53,371 bases of DNA from an uncultured Caulobacteraceae bacterium (GTDB lineage Bacteria > Pseudomonadota > Alphaproteobacteria > Caulobacterales > Aquidulcibacteraceae): positions 1 to 53,371 of the forward strand of contig CAZXNY010000001.1 in assembly GCA_964642205.1 (NCBI GenBank), read 5' to 3'. Below, piece after piece: positions 25,383-33,824 of this stretch. A program made the translations under genes and the position numbers. Each line of letters starts with the position of its first letter. The first letter of the stretch is position 1. The notes below the pieces were generated by a model. The model was not told the DNA's origin and did no database searches. It was given only the letters and a program-made list of their open reading frames with translations.

Positions 25383-26498
25383 ATGTCCGTGACACTCCTC
25401 GCCGTTGGCGATGTCGGCATTTGCCGCGCAAAGCCCGAAACGATGCTCGACGGCGTGCGCGATGCGCTGCGCCGAGGCGGCGTTGTGTTTGGCCAATTGG
25501 AGACCACCGTTTCCGAGCGCGGCGCGCGCGCGCCGCACGCCAAACTCGCGATGCGCTCGCCGCCTGCAATGCTGCGCGCGTGCGCGAAAGCCGGCTTCGA
25601 TGCGATGTCGTTCGCAGGCAACCATTGTATGGATTGGGGGCGCGAGGCGTTCGATGACACGTTCGCGCATGCGCACGCGGCGAACATAGCGCTGTGCGGC
25701 GCGGGCGAGACACTCGCCGAGGCGCGTGCGCCGGTGGTGGTTGCGAAGAACAGCGTGCGCATCGCGTTCGTCGCGGTGAGTTCGATCTTGCCGGATGGGT
25801 ATTGGGCTGAGGCGCAGCGGCCCGGCTGCGCGCCGATGCGCGCGTTCACGCATTACGAGATGATCGAGCACGATCAGCCGGGCACGCCGCCACGCATTCA
25901 CACGACACCGCATCCAGGCGATCTAAGGCGCTTGCGCGAAGACATCGGCGCAGCGCGCGCGATGGCGGACGTCGTTGTGCTCTCGATCCATTGGGGCATT
26001 CATCTCGTGCCGGCCGAAATCGCGGCCTATCAGCACGAGGTCGGGCGCGCCGCTATTGATGCGGGCGCCGATCTCGTGCTCGGGCACCATCCGCATATTC
26101 TGAAGGGCGTTTCGTTTCATCGCGGCAAGCCGATCTTCTTCAGCATGGGCAATTTCGCGATCGAGCAGCCGCAGGCTTGGGATCCGGCGATCCTGCAGCA
26201 TCACTCGTTCAAGCAGTTGATGGCGCTCAATCCGGATTTCGATTTGGAGAGCGCGTATCTCCTGCCGCCGGACACACGGCACACGATGATCGCACGTGCG
26301 GAGTTGAGCGCGGGCGGTGTCGCGGGCGTGTCGTTCCTGCCCTGTTGGATCAATGACCGGTCCGAGCCGCAACTCTTATCAGCCAGCGATCCGAAGTTCG
26401 ATGCAGTTGTCGCCTATATGCGCGCGATTACGGAAAGCCAGGGGCTCAACGCGCGCTATGTGGTTGAGGGCGGCGCAGTGCAGGTCCTGCCGCTTTAG
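25383..26498 (+). CDS. CapA/PgsA-like (PGA_cap, metallophosphatase-fold) family protein
   Basis: 371 aa. LLAVGDVG...FGQLETTV...SFAGNHCMDWG...VLSIHWG...DLVLGHHPH matches the CapA-family metal-ligand pattern. No SD is present in the 45 nt upstream. Confidence 0.75.
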   Translation: MSVTLLAVGDVGICRAKPETMLDGVRDALRRGGVVFGQLETTVSERGARAPHAKLAMRSPPAMLRACAKAGFDAMSFAGNHCMDWGREAFDDTFAHAHAANIALCGAGETLAEARAPVVVAKNSVRIAFVAVSSILPDGYWAEAQRPGCAPMRAFTHYEMIEHDQPGTPPRIHTTPHPGDLRRLREDIGAARAMADVVVLSIHWGIHLVPAEIAAYQHEVGRAAIDAGADLVLGHHPHILKGVSFHRGKPIFFSMGNFAIEQPQAWDPAILQHHSFKQLMALNPDFDLESAYLLPPDTRHTMIARAELSAGGVAGVSFLPCWINDRSEPQLLSASDPKFDAVVAYMRAITESQGLNARYVVEGGAVQVLPL

Positions 26499-29400
26499 TG
26501 GAAGTTACGCCCGCCCGGCATCGCAATCTCGATCCGCTGCGCCACCTCTTCCCGCACGCGCGAGCCCTGCGCGCCGCGCTTTCCTTCATCGATCTTGCTC
26601 GGCGGTTCAAGCGCATCGCCCCCGGTCGCGAGCAAACGCAGCAGCCGCGTCTCGTCACGCACGCGCTCGGCCACGACATGCACGACGCCGCTCTGGTTTT
26701 GCACACGCCCTTCGACCACAGCGAAGCGCGAACCGAGCACCTCGGCGCGAAACTTCTCGAACACGTTGGGCCAGACGATCGTGTTGGCGATATAAGTCTC
26801 GTCTTCCAGCGTCATGAAGATGACGCCCTTCGCCGTTCCCGGCCGCTGGCGCACCAGCACAAGACCACCGACGCGCACAAACGCGCCATCCGGCGCCGAC
26901 GCGAGATCCTCCGCGCGCATGATGCGGCGCGCATCGAGTTCGGGACGGAGCAACTTTGCCGGATGCGCTTTGAGCGAGAGCGACAGGCTCGCATAGTCCT
27001 CGACGATGTGTTCACCGATCGGCATGCGCGGGAGATTGTAATCCGGCTCGCGCGTCGGATCGAATTGCGGAGCGAACAACGGGAGATTTTCCTGTCCGCC
27101 GACGCGGCCAAGCCCTCGCGCGGCCCAAAGCGCAGCGCGCCGGTCGAGCCCAAGCGAGCGGAACGCATCGGCGTTCGCCAGCGTCTCGATCGCGGCGGGC
27201 GAAATGCCGCCGCGCAGCCAAAGATCGCGCACTGAATCGTAGCCCGCGCTGCGATTGGCGACGAGCTGGCGCATCTCCTCTTCGCTCAGCCCCTTGGCTT
27301 GCCGAAACCCGAGCCGGAGCGCGGCGGTGGTGCGTATATCCCCGCGCATATCGGCGTGGCGCTTATGCAGGTGCGTGGCGGCGGTGCGGCCATCGTCTTC
27401 GAGCGTGCAATCCCAGTCGGAGCGATTCACATCGACTTCACGCACCTCGACGCCATGATCTTGCGCGTCGCGGACGATCTGCGCGGGCGCGTAAAAGCCC
27501 ATTGGTTGCGCGTTGATAAGCGCGGCGGCGAATACGTCCGGGTAATGGCATTTGAGCCAGGACGAGACGTAAACCAGGATCGCGAAGCTCGCCGCGTGGC
27601 TTTCGGGGAAGCCATATTCGCCGAAGCCTTCGATCTGGCTAAAGCTGCGCTCGGCGAACTCCCGCTCGTAGCCTTTTGCGATCATGCCGTTGATGAACTT
27701 GTCTTTCAGCAAGCCGATGGTGCCGACGCGCTTGAACGTCGCCATCGCGCGGCGGAGCTTATCGGCTTCAGGCGCCGTGAAGCCGGCGGCCACGATGGCG
27801 ATCTGCATCGCCTGTTCCTGGAAGAGCGGCACGCCGAGCGTACGGTGGAGCACGCGTTCAAGCTCTTTGCTGGGATATGTGACCTTCTCGATGCCCTGCT
27901 TGCGCTTCAGATAGGGATGCACCATGCCGCCCTGAATTGGCCCCGGACGGACGATCGCGACTTCGATCACGAGATCGTAGAATTTCTCCGGCCGCAGGCG
28001 TGGCAGCATCGACATCTGCGCGCGGCTCTCGACTTGGAAGACACCGAGCGAATCCGCGCGCTTCAACATTTCGTAGACGCGGTCTTCCGTTGGCGGCAGC
28101 GCAGCGATCGAGAGCGGTTTTTCGTCTGGATAATGCGTCGCGACGAGGTCGAACGCTTTGCGGATGCAGGTGAGCATCCCCAGCCCCAGGAGATCGACCT
28201 TGAGGATCCCGAGCGCCTCCAGATCGTCCTTATTCCATTCCACCACAGTGCGATCGTCCATCGCGGCGTTCTGGATCGGCACGACATCGTCCAGCCGCTC
28301 GCGCGTGATGACGAAGCCCCCGACATGTTGTGAGAGGTGCCGTGGGAAGCCCTGCAGCTCACTCGCGAGCGCGAGGCACGCCATGAGCTTACGATCGGCT
28401 ATGTCGAGGCCGATCTCCGTCAGGTCTTCTTCCGTGACGTCCTTCGTCCACCAATGGAAAAGTTTGGCGAGCGAGCCTATGCGGTCTTCGGAATAGCCGA
28501 ACGCTTTGGCGACTTCGCGGATGGCGCTCCGGCCGCGATAGCAGATCAGCGTCGCCGCAAGCCCGGCGCGGTGGCGACCATAGGTGTGGTAGACATACTG
28601 GATCGCTTCTTCGCGCCGTTCATGCTCGAAATCGACATCGATATCCGGCGGCTCGTTGCGCTCGACAGAGAGGAAACGCTCGAACAGCAAATCGTTTTCC
28701 GCTGGATCGACGGCAGTCACCCCGAGGCAGTAACAGATCGTTGAGTTCGCCGCCGAGCCGCGGCCCTGGCAGAGGATCGGCGGCACGTCCTGCCCGTCGA
28801 TGGTCTTGCCGGACCGCGCGAAGCGCACGATGTCGTGCACCGTGAGAAAATACGGCGCATATTTGAGTTCGGCGACGATGCCGAGCTCATGCACGATCGC
28901 GGCGCGGACTTTGTCGGGCACGCCATCCGGGTAGCGTTCCGCGGCGCCTTTCCAGGTGAAGGCCTCGAGCGCTTCTTGTGGGGAGGCGAAACCGGCTTTG
29001 GTTTCTTCCGGATATTCGTAGCGCAGCTCATCCATTGAGAAGTTGAGCCCGTCCAGGAACCGCATCGTTTCGTCGACGGCGCCGGGCATGTCTTTGAAGA
29101 GGCGCGCGATCTCTCGCGGCTCCTTGAGGTGGCGCTCGGCATTTGCTTCGAGCAGCCGCCCGGCCGCGTCGAGCGTGGTTTTCTCGCGGATGCAGGTGAC
29201 GACATCGAGGAGCGGCTTGCGGTCAGCGGTATGAATGAGCGGCGCCGTCGTCGCGATCAGGCGCGCGCCGGATTGCGAAGCGATCTCCGCCAGCGCGCGG
29301 CGGCGGCGCGCATCGGCGCCATCATAAACGGTGGGCGCGGCGAGCCAGACGGCGCCCGCGTGCGCTGCGATCTCGCGCAGCAGCGGCGTGAGCCCGGCCG

Positions 29401-29788
29401 TTTCCGACCCGGGCACAACGATTGTCTGCATCCCCTCTGCGTGCGCGAGAAAATCTTCGCGCGTGAGGAAGCACTGCCCTTTCGGGGCGCGGCGGTTGCC
29501 GAGCGTGAGCAGCCGGCACATACGCGCATAGGCGGCGCGGTCCTTCGGGTAGATCAGAATGTCCGGCGTTTCGTCGGTGAACACGAGGCGCGTGCCGATC
29601 GCGAGCCGGAGCTTCTGCTCCTTCGCCATGACATGCGCGCGCACCACACCTGCGAGCGTGCAGCGATCGGCGACGCCGACGCCAGCGAGACCTAAGCGCT
29701 TGGCTTCCGCGACCATCTCATCGGGATGCGATGCGCCGCGCAGGAACGAAAAGTTCGTGGTGAGCGCGAGTTCTGCAAACGCCGTCAT
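26495..29788 (-). CDS. dnaE2: error-prone DNA polymerase III alpha-subunit paralogue DnaE2 (ImuC)
   Basis: Trimmed to the ATG at 29788 (MTAFAELALTTNFSFLRGASHPDEMV, the canonical PHP-domain start), giving 1097 aa. It lies immediately downstream of imuA-imuB. Confidence 0.92.
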   Translation of the reverse strand: MTAFAELALTTNFSFLRGASHPDEMVAEAKRLGLAGVGVADRCTLAGVVRAHVMAKEQKLRLAIGTRLVFTDETPDILIYPKDRAAYARMCRLLTLGNRRAPKGQCFLTREDFLAHAEGMQTIVVPGSETAGLTPLLREIAAHAGAVWLAAPTVYDGADARRRRALAEIASQSGARLIATTAPLIHTADRKPLLDVVTCIREKTTLDAAGRLLEANAERHLKEPREIARLFKDMPGAVDETMRFLDGLNFSMDELRYEYPEETKAGFASPQEALEAFTWKGAAERYPDGVPDKVRAAIVHELGIVAELKYAPYFLTVHDIVRFARSGKTIDGQDVPPILCQGRGSAANSTICYCLGVTAVDPAENDLLFERFLSVERNEPPDIDVDFEHERREEAIQYVYHTYGRHRAGLAATLICYRGRSAIREVAKAFGYSEDRIGSLAKLFHWWTKDVTEEDLTEIGLDIADRKLMACLALASELQGFPRHLSQHVGGFVITRERLDDVVPIQNAAMDDRTVVEWNKDDLEALGILKVDLLGLGMLTCIRKAFDLVATHYPDEKPLSIAALPPTEDRVYEMLKRADSLGVFQVESRAQMSMLPRLRPEKFYDLVIEVAIVRPGPIQGGMVHPYLKRKQGIEKVTYPSKELERVLHRTLGVPLFQEQAMQIAIVAAGFTAPEADKLRRAMATFKRVGTIGLLKDKFINGMIAKGYEREFAERSFSQIEGFGEYGFPESHAASFAILVYVSSWLKCHYPDVFAAALINAQPMGFYAPAQIVRDAQDHGVEVREVDVNRSDWDCTLEDDGRTAATHLHKRHADMRGDIRTTAALRLGFRQAKGLSEEEMRQLVANRSAGYDSVRDLWLRGGISPAAIETLANADAFRSLGLDRRAALWAARGLGRVGGQENLPLFAPQFDPTREPDYNLPRMPIGEHIVEDYASLSLSLKAHPAKLLRPELDARRIMRAEDLASAPDGAFVRVGGLVLVRQRPGTAKGVIFMTLEDETYIANTIVWPNVFEKFRAEVLGSRFAVVEGRVQNQSGVVHVVAERVRDETRLLRLLATGGDALEPPSKIDEGKRGAQGSRVREEVAQRIEIAMPGGRNFH

Positions 29789-29793
29789 CGCCG

Positions 29794-31326
29794 CTATCCG
29801 AAAAAGCCGTGGACGAACCACGCAGGCGTTGGCGTTTCGCGCGCATAGAGCCCTTCGCGAAAAATCCAGAACCGGGCGCCGGCGGCGTCTTCGACGTGGA
29901 AATAGTCTCGCGTGAGCCCGTCGCGCTCCCACCAATCGGGCGCGATGCGCTCTGGCCCCTCCGCGCGGACGACCTCGTGCTGCACGCGCCGCCAGCGGAA
30001 GCGGCGCGGCGGGCCATCGGGTGTTGCGGCGAGCGTTTCAATCGGCTCGGGGCGCGCGAGCAATTTGAGTGGACGTGCGCGCGCGGGCGGCGCATGCGCG
30101 GCGGGCGCTTCGGTGAGCGCTGGCGTGCTGGCCGCGCCGCGCTCGGGCCAATGATGATCGGCGCACGCGACGCGGCGCACGTTCAGCGCGCCGAGGCGCG
30201 CGCTCAGCGCATCGATGAGGCGCGCATCGCCGGTATCGCCCTCGTCTTCGCCAAGGCGGCCGGTTTCCATAACGTCGAGCCGGATCGCTTCGACGCCGAA
30301 CTCGAACGTGCGGTCATCCTCGGCGGCGTTGAGCTGCTCGCGGAAAGCGCGCAGCAGCGCCTTCACTTGTGTTTCCGGGCGGCTGAAACCCGCTTCGAGG
30401 CGCCGGCGCGCGCCGGAAACGGCAAACAGATTGAGCGCCAAGCGCCGCGCGCCCACACCGCGCAGATCGAGCCCGGCGACGATCTCTTCGGCCGCATCTG
30501 CGGCGGCAATCATCAAGGCGTCCGCATGCACCAAAGGTTCGAGAAAACGGCGCAGTGCAAAGAGCGCCGGTGGCGGGCGGCGATAGACGAGCGCGGGCGG
30601 CGCGCGGCCGAGCGCTTCATCGAGGAGACGCTGCGCATCCTCGCCTGCGCGCGCAGCGAACGGCGCACGCGGCCGCGCGATCAGCGCGCCGATATGCGTG
30701 AGGCCAAGCCTATTCAGAAGCGCCTCGGCTGGAGGTGAAAGCCGCAGCGCGGCGATCGGGAGCGGCGCGAGATGCTCGACCGTTTCGCCCGGAGGCGCAT
30801 AGGGCGCGCGTGCAAACCGCGCGAGCGCCCACGCCGCGCCCGGCGTATCGGCAAGCGCGACGCGGGCGGAAAACCCGCCCGCTTCGATGCGCCGGGTTAT
30901 CTCTTCCCGGAGCGCCGCCTCGCCGCCAAAGAGATGCGCCGTCGCGCCGATTTCAAGCAGAACGCCATCGGGGGGCGAGAGCACGACGCCCGGCGTCCAG
31001 CGTTCGCAAAACGCCGCGAGCCGATTTAGCAACGCGCTATCGGCCATCGCATCCGCTTCGACAGCAACAAGTGCGGGGCGGATCGCGCGCGCATCCGCGA
31101 GCGTCATGCCGGTGGCGAGACCGTTGGCGCGTGCGCGTGCATCGACCGCGTCGAGCACGAAGGCGGCGCCTGCGCGCGCATAGGTGGCAAGCCCATCATC
31201 CGACGGCGCGGCGGCGCCCGTCTTGATCAGCCGATCCGTTGACAGTCGCCGGAGCCAAATCGCCGCCCAACGCTTCGTTGCTGCTGGCGGCGCTTCGCGA
31301 TTCTGCGATGCGGAAACCGTCATCAC
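29794..31326 (-). CDS. imuB: ImuB, Y-family polymerase-like protein of the imuA-imuB-dnaE2 cassette
   Basis: 510 aa. KRWAAIWLRRLSTDRL is the typical ImuB N-terminus. Starts are GTG at 31326 or ATG at 31323. The stop lies 5 nt before the dnaE2 start. Confidence 0.85.
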   Translation of the reverse strand: MMTVSASQNREAPPAATKRWAAIWLRRLSTDRLIKTGAAAPSDDGLATYARAGAAFVLDAVDARARANGLATGMTLADARAIRPALVAVEADAMADSALLNRLAAFCERWTPGVVLSPPDGVLLEIGATAHLFGGEAALREEITRRIEAGGFSARVALADTPGAAWALARFARAPYAPPGETVEHLAPLPIAALRLSPPAEALLNRLGLTHIGALIARPRAPFAARAGEDAQRLLDEALGRAPPALVYRRPPPALFALRRFLEPLVHADALMIAAADAAEEIVAGLDLRGVGARRLALNLFAVSGARRRLEAGFSRPETQVKALLRAFREQLNAAEDDRTFEFGVEAIRLDVMETGRLGEDEGDTGDARLIDALSARLGALNVRRVACADHHWPERGAASTPALTEAPAAHAPPARARPLKLLARPEPIETLAATPDGPPRRFRWRRVQHEVVRAEGPERIAPDWWERDGLTRDYFHVEDAAGARFWIFREGLYARETPTPAWFVHGFFG

Positions 31327-31990
31327 TCCACTCCAAATCGAGCGTGCGCGGGCGCACGCCAGCGCGGTGGCGCATCAATTCCGCCGTAAGCGACGGCGCG
31401 CCGATTTCGTCGCGATGCGGCGTGCGGGACGGCGCGGGCGCGATGCGCCAGCGCGTCCACGCCGAACTCGTCGGCGCCGCGCGCATGAACTCCGGGCGCC
31501 CGCAATCGCCGCGCAGGATGAGCGCGGAAGCGCCATGCGCTTCGGCTGCAAGGCTGAGCCGGCGCGTGGCCGTGAGATCGATGGGCTTGCCGCGCGCGCC
31601 CAACTCCAAGAGCACGCGCACGCCGGGGCGCTTGAGGGCCTCTTCGGCCGCCCAGAGCGCCTCCACACGCTTCTGCGCGCGGACCAGCAGAATGCTGGCC
31701 GGATCCGCGAGCGCCGAGAAACCGGGCGCGTAAAGCTCACCATGTTCAGCGCTGGCGGCCGCTTCGCGCACCCACACCGTCCACCGCGCAGGGCTCGAAG
31801 CGCCGAGCAAGAAAAAGAGCGCCGTCCCCTCACCGCCCCAGGCCGGAAAAGCTTCATGCACCCGGCCTGCAGCGAGCCGGGGCAACGAGGCGCCCGTGGC
31901 CAAATCCCAAGAAAAATCCTCCGCTTGCGAGCGCAGGGCCCGCTCAGCGGAGGCTGCCCCAAAGGGCAAGACAGGCAGGGAGGCCGACAT
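31196..31990 (-). CDS. imuA: ImuA (RecA/SulA-fold SOS protein)
   Basis: 264 aa, first gene of the cassette, directly preceded by a LexA box. VHEAFP...GTALFFLL and LLELGARGKPIDLTATRRLSLAAEAHGASALILR resemble the ImuA family. The 3' 131 nt overlap imuB. Confidence 0.75.
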   Translation of the reverse strand: MSASLPVLPFGAASAERALRSQAEDFSWDLATGASLPRLAAGRVHEAFPAWGGEGTALFFLLGASSPARWTVWVREAAASAEHGELYAPGFSALADPASILLVRAQKRVEALWAAEEALKRPGVRVLLELGARGKPIDLTATRRLSLAAEAHGASALILRGDCGRPEFMRAAPTSSAWTRWRIAPAPSRTPHRDEIGAPSLTAELMRHRAGVRPRTLDLEWSDDGFRIAESRSAASSNEALGGDLAPATVNGSADQDGRRRAVG

Positions 31991-31991
31991 T

Positions 31992-32006
31992 GTTCTACTT
32001 TTGTTC
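31992..32006 (-). promoter_or_regulatory. alphaproteobacterial-type LexA (SOS) box, GTTC-N7-GTTC (GAAC-N7-GAAC on the gene strand)
   Basis: Plus strand is GTTCTACTTTTGTTC, and the box ends 1 nt from the imuA ATG. On the gene strand the layout is TTGACT (32025..32020), a 17-nt spacer, AAAAGT (32002..31997), then 6 nt and the ATG. Confidence 0.8.
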
Positions 32007-32021
32007 TAGTCGGCTGTAAAG

Positions 32022-32534
32022 TCAATCCGTTTCCGAATTGTTCCTCTGCTCGTTTTCCGCTTCGCGCACCTTCGGCTTGGCGAGCCGCTTCACGAACCAG
32101 TCTTCTACCGGCTGGCCGAGAACCAGGATCGCGAGGGTCAGCGCAACAGCCCACGCAACCAGCGTCCATTCGCCGAGGCCGCAGGCGATGCCGACAGCCG
32201 CTGTCACCCACACGGTCGCCGCGGTCGTCAGGTTCTTCACATCGTTGTTGTCCGCGCGCCGCACGATCACACCGGCGCCAAGAAAGCCGACGCCCGTGAG
32301 CACGCCCTGCAGCACCCCTTGAACGACGCGGCTGCGTGCATCGGGATGCGGGCCGATCAGCGGATCGCCGATCGCGGCGAGCGCGACGATGGCGGCGCCG
32401 ACGGAGACAAGACCGAGCGTGCGCGCGCCCATCGCTTTGCCGGCGATGTCGCGGTTGAGGCCGATCACCATGCCGGCGAGCGCCGCGGCCGCGAGCCGCA
32501 AGCCGGGCTCAGCGAACGCAGCGAAGGCTTCCAT
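32022..32534 (-). CDS. MgtC/SapB-family integral membrane protein (membrane domain only)
   Basis: Trimmed to the ATG at 32534, which overlaps the stop of the upstream GH130-like gene (ATGA). 170 aa. GMVIGLNRDIAGKAMGARTLGLVSVGAA matches the MgtC-family motif, with 4-5 TM segments. Confidence 0.8.
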   Translation of the reverse strand: MEAFAAFAEPGLRLAAAALAGMVIGLNRDIAGKAMGARTLGLVSVGAAIVALAAIGDPLIGPHPDARSRVVQGVLQGVLTGVGFLGAGVIVRRADNNDVKNLTTAATVWVTAAVGIACGLGEWTLVAWAVALTLAILVLGQPVEDWFVKRLAKPKVREAENEQRNNSETD

Positions 32535-33811
32535 CACACCATGCTCTCCACCAAGCCCTTCAGCGGGATGGTGCAGAAAGCCACGGAAGAATCCGCGACG
32601 CCATAGGGCATGAAGAGAAAGCCGTTCGTCGCGAGCGCGCCGCATGTGTAGACGACATTCGGCACGTAACCTTCGCGGCTTTCATCGGACGGACGCAACA
32701 ACGGCAGACGTGTGCGTCCAAGCACTTTGCGCGGATTTTCCTTATCGAGCAGCGCAGCGCCAATCGAATATTGACGCATGGCGCCGACCCCATGCGTCAG
32801 CAACAGCCAACCTTCATCGATCTCGATCGGCGCGCCGCAATTGCCTATTTGAATGCGCTCCCACGCGAAACGCGGCGTCATCACGCGCTCGCCCTCGTCC
32901 CAATTCAGGAGATCGTCGGACTCCAAGAAGTAGAGGTTCTCATTGTCTTGCCGGCCGATCACGGCGTAACGTCCGCCGATGCGGCGCGGGAAGAGCGCCA
33001 TGCCTTTGCTCGCGGCGGCGCGGCCGCGCATGGCGCGCAAACGGAACGTGCGGAAATCTTCCGTACTCAAAAGCTCGGACGCGATGTCGGCGCCGCTATA
33101 GGCGGTGTAGGTGCCGTAATAGATTGGCCTCTCACCCGGCTCAGCGAAGCGCACGAGGCGGAGATCTTCAAGCCCGTTGCGCTGCTGACGCGTGAACGGG
33201 AAAATCACACTGCCGGAGAGCGTCGCGTTCTCATCGCGCGAGACGCGGAAATCCTTCTCGTCGATCGCCTTCTTGCCGATGCCGTTGACGGCCATCGCGA
33301 ACGGCGGCTCGACCAGCAAGCTCATCGTGCCGTTGGCGTAGAGAATGCCTTCGCGAAACGCGATTGAGGAAATGTGCCCCTCACCGACCGTGCGCAGCGA
33401 CAGCACGAAGCGCACATCGCCCGGCTGGAGGCCCGTCTGATCGGGATGCGGCACGATGCTGGGGTTCATGATCGCCGCGGCGGCGTAGGAATATTCATGA
33501 CAGAACGAAGCGCCGATCAGCTCTTGCTTGGCCGCGCTGATATGCGCGGGGTTGAGGCCAAGCTCGATCGCGACGTGGCGAAAGCGTTCAAGGTAGATGC
33601 CCTGCGTCTGCCAATGGCGACCGTCGAAGTCATGATCGACAAGCGCATTCTCTTCATCGCACTCCCCATCGCTGAGCGCGAGGACGGCATCGACAATGCG
33701 GCGCGTGCGGTTTGGCTTGGTGGGATCGCTCGCTGCAATATGCAGCGGCCGGATCACCACGCGCGCGGGATCGGCCGTCAGCCTGATGGGCAGCGTGGTG
33801 ATTTCGACCAA
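32534..33811 (-). CDS. GH130-like (beta-mannoside phosphorylase/hydrolase fold) protein with an extra N-terminal domain of about 190 aa
   Basis: 425 aa. The C-terminal ~230 aa show GH130-style blocks (EDLRLVRF, YYGTYTAYSG, KGMALFPRRIGGRYAVIGR, WERIQIGNCGAPIEIDEGWLLLTHGV, YSIGAALLDKENPRKVLGR, VPNVVYTCG, FMPYGVADS). Apparent TTG start at 33811 with GGAG upstream. No signal peptide. Confidence 0.75.
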   Translation of the reverse strand: MVEITTLPIRLTADPARVVIRPLHIAASDPTKPNRTRRIVDAVLALSDGECDEENALVDHDFDGRHWQTQGIYLERFRHVAIELGLNPAHISAAKQELIGASFCHEYSYAAAAIMNPSIVPHPDQTGLQPGDVRFVLSLRTVGEGHISSIAFREGILYANGTMSLLVEPPFAMAVNGIGKKAIDEKDFRVSRDENATLSGSVIFPFTRQQRNGLEDLRLVRFAEPGERPIYYGTYTAYSGADIASELLSTEDFRTFRLRAMRGRAAASKGMALFPRRIGGRYAVIGRQDNENLYFLESDDLLNWDEGERVMTPRFAWERIQIGNCGAPIEIDEGWLLLTHGVGAMRQYSIGAALLDKENPRKVLGRTRLPLLRPSDESREGYVPNVVYTCGALATNGFLFMPYGVADSSVAFCTIPLKGLVESMV

Positions 33812-33824
33812 GAGCCGCTCCGCG

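Noticed and set aside
26495-31990. imuA-imuB-dnaE2 as part of a mobile element or genomic island.
   Set aside because: There are no flanking direct or inverted repeats, integrase, transposase or tRNA. Composition looks like the rest of the window, and the cassette is commonly chromosomal.
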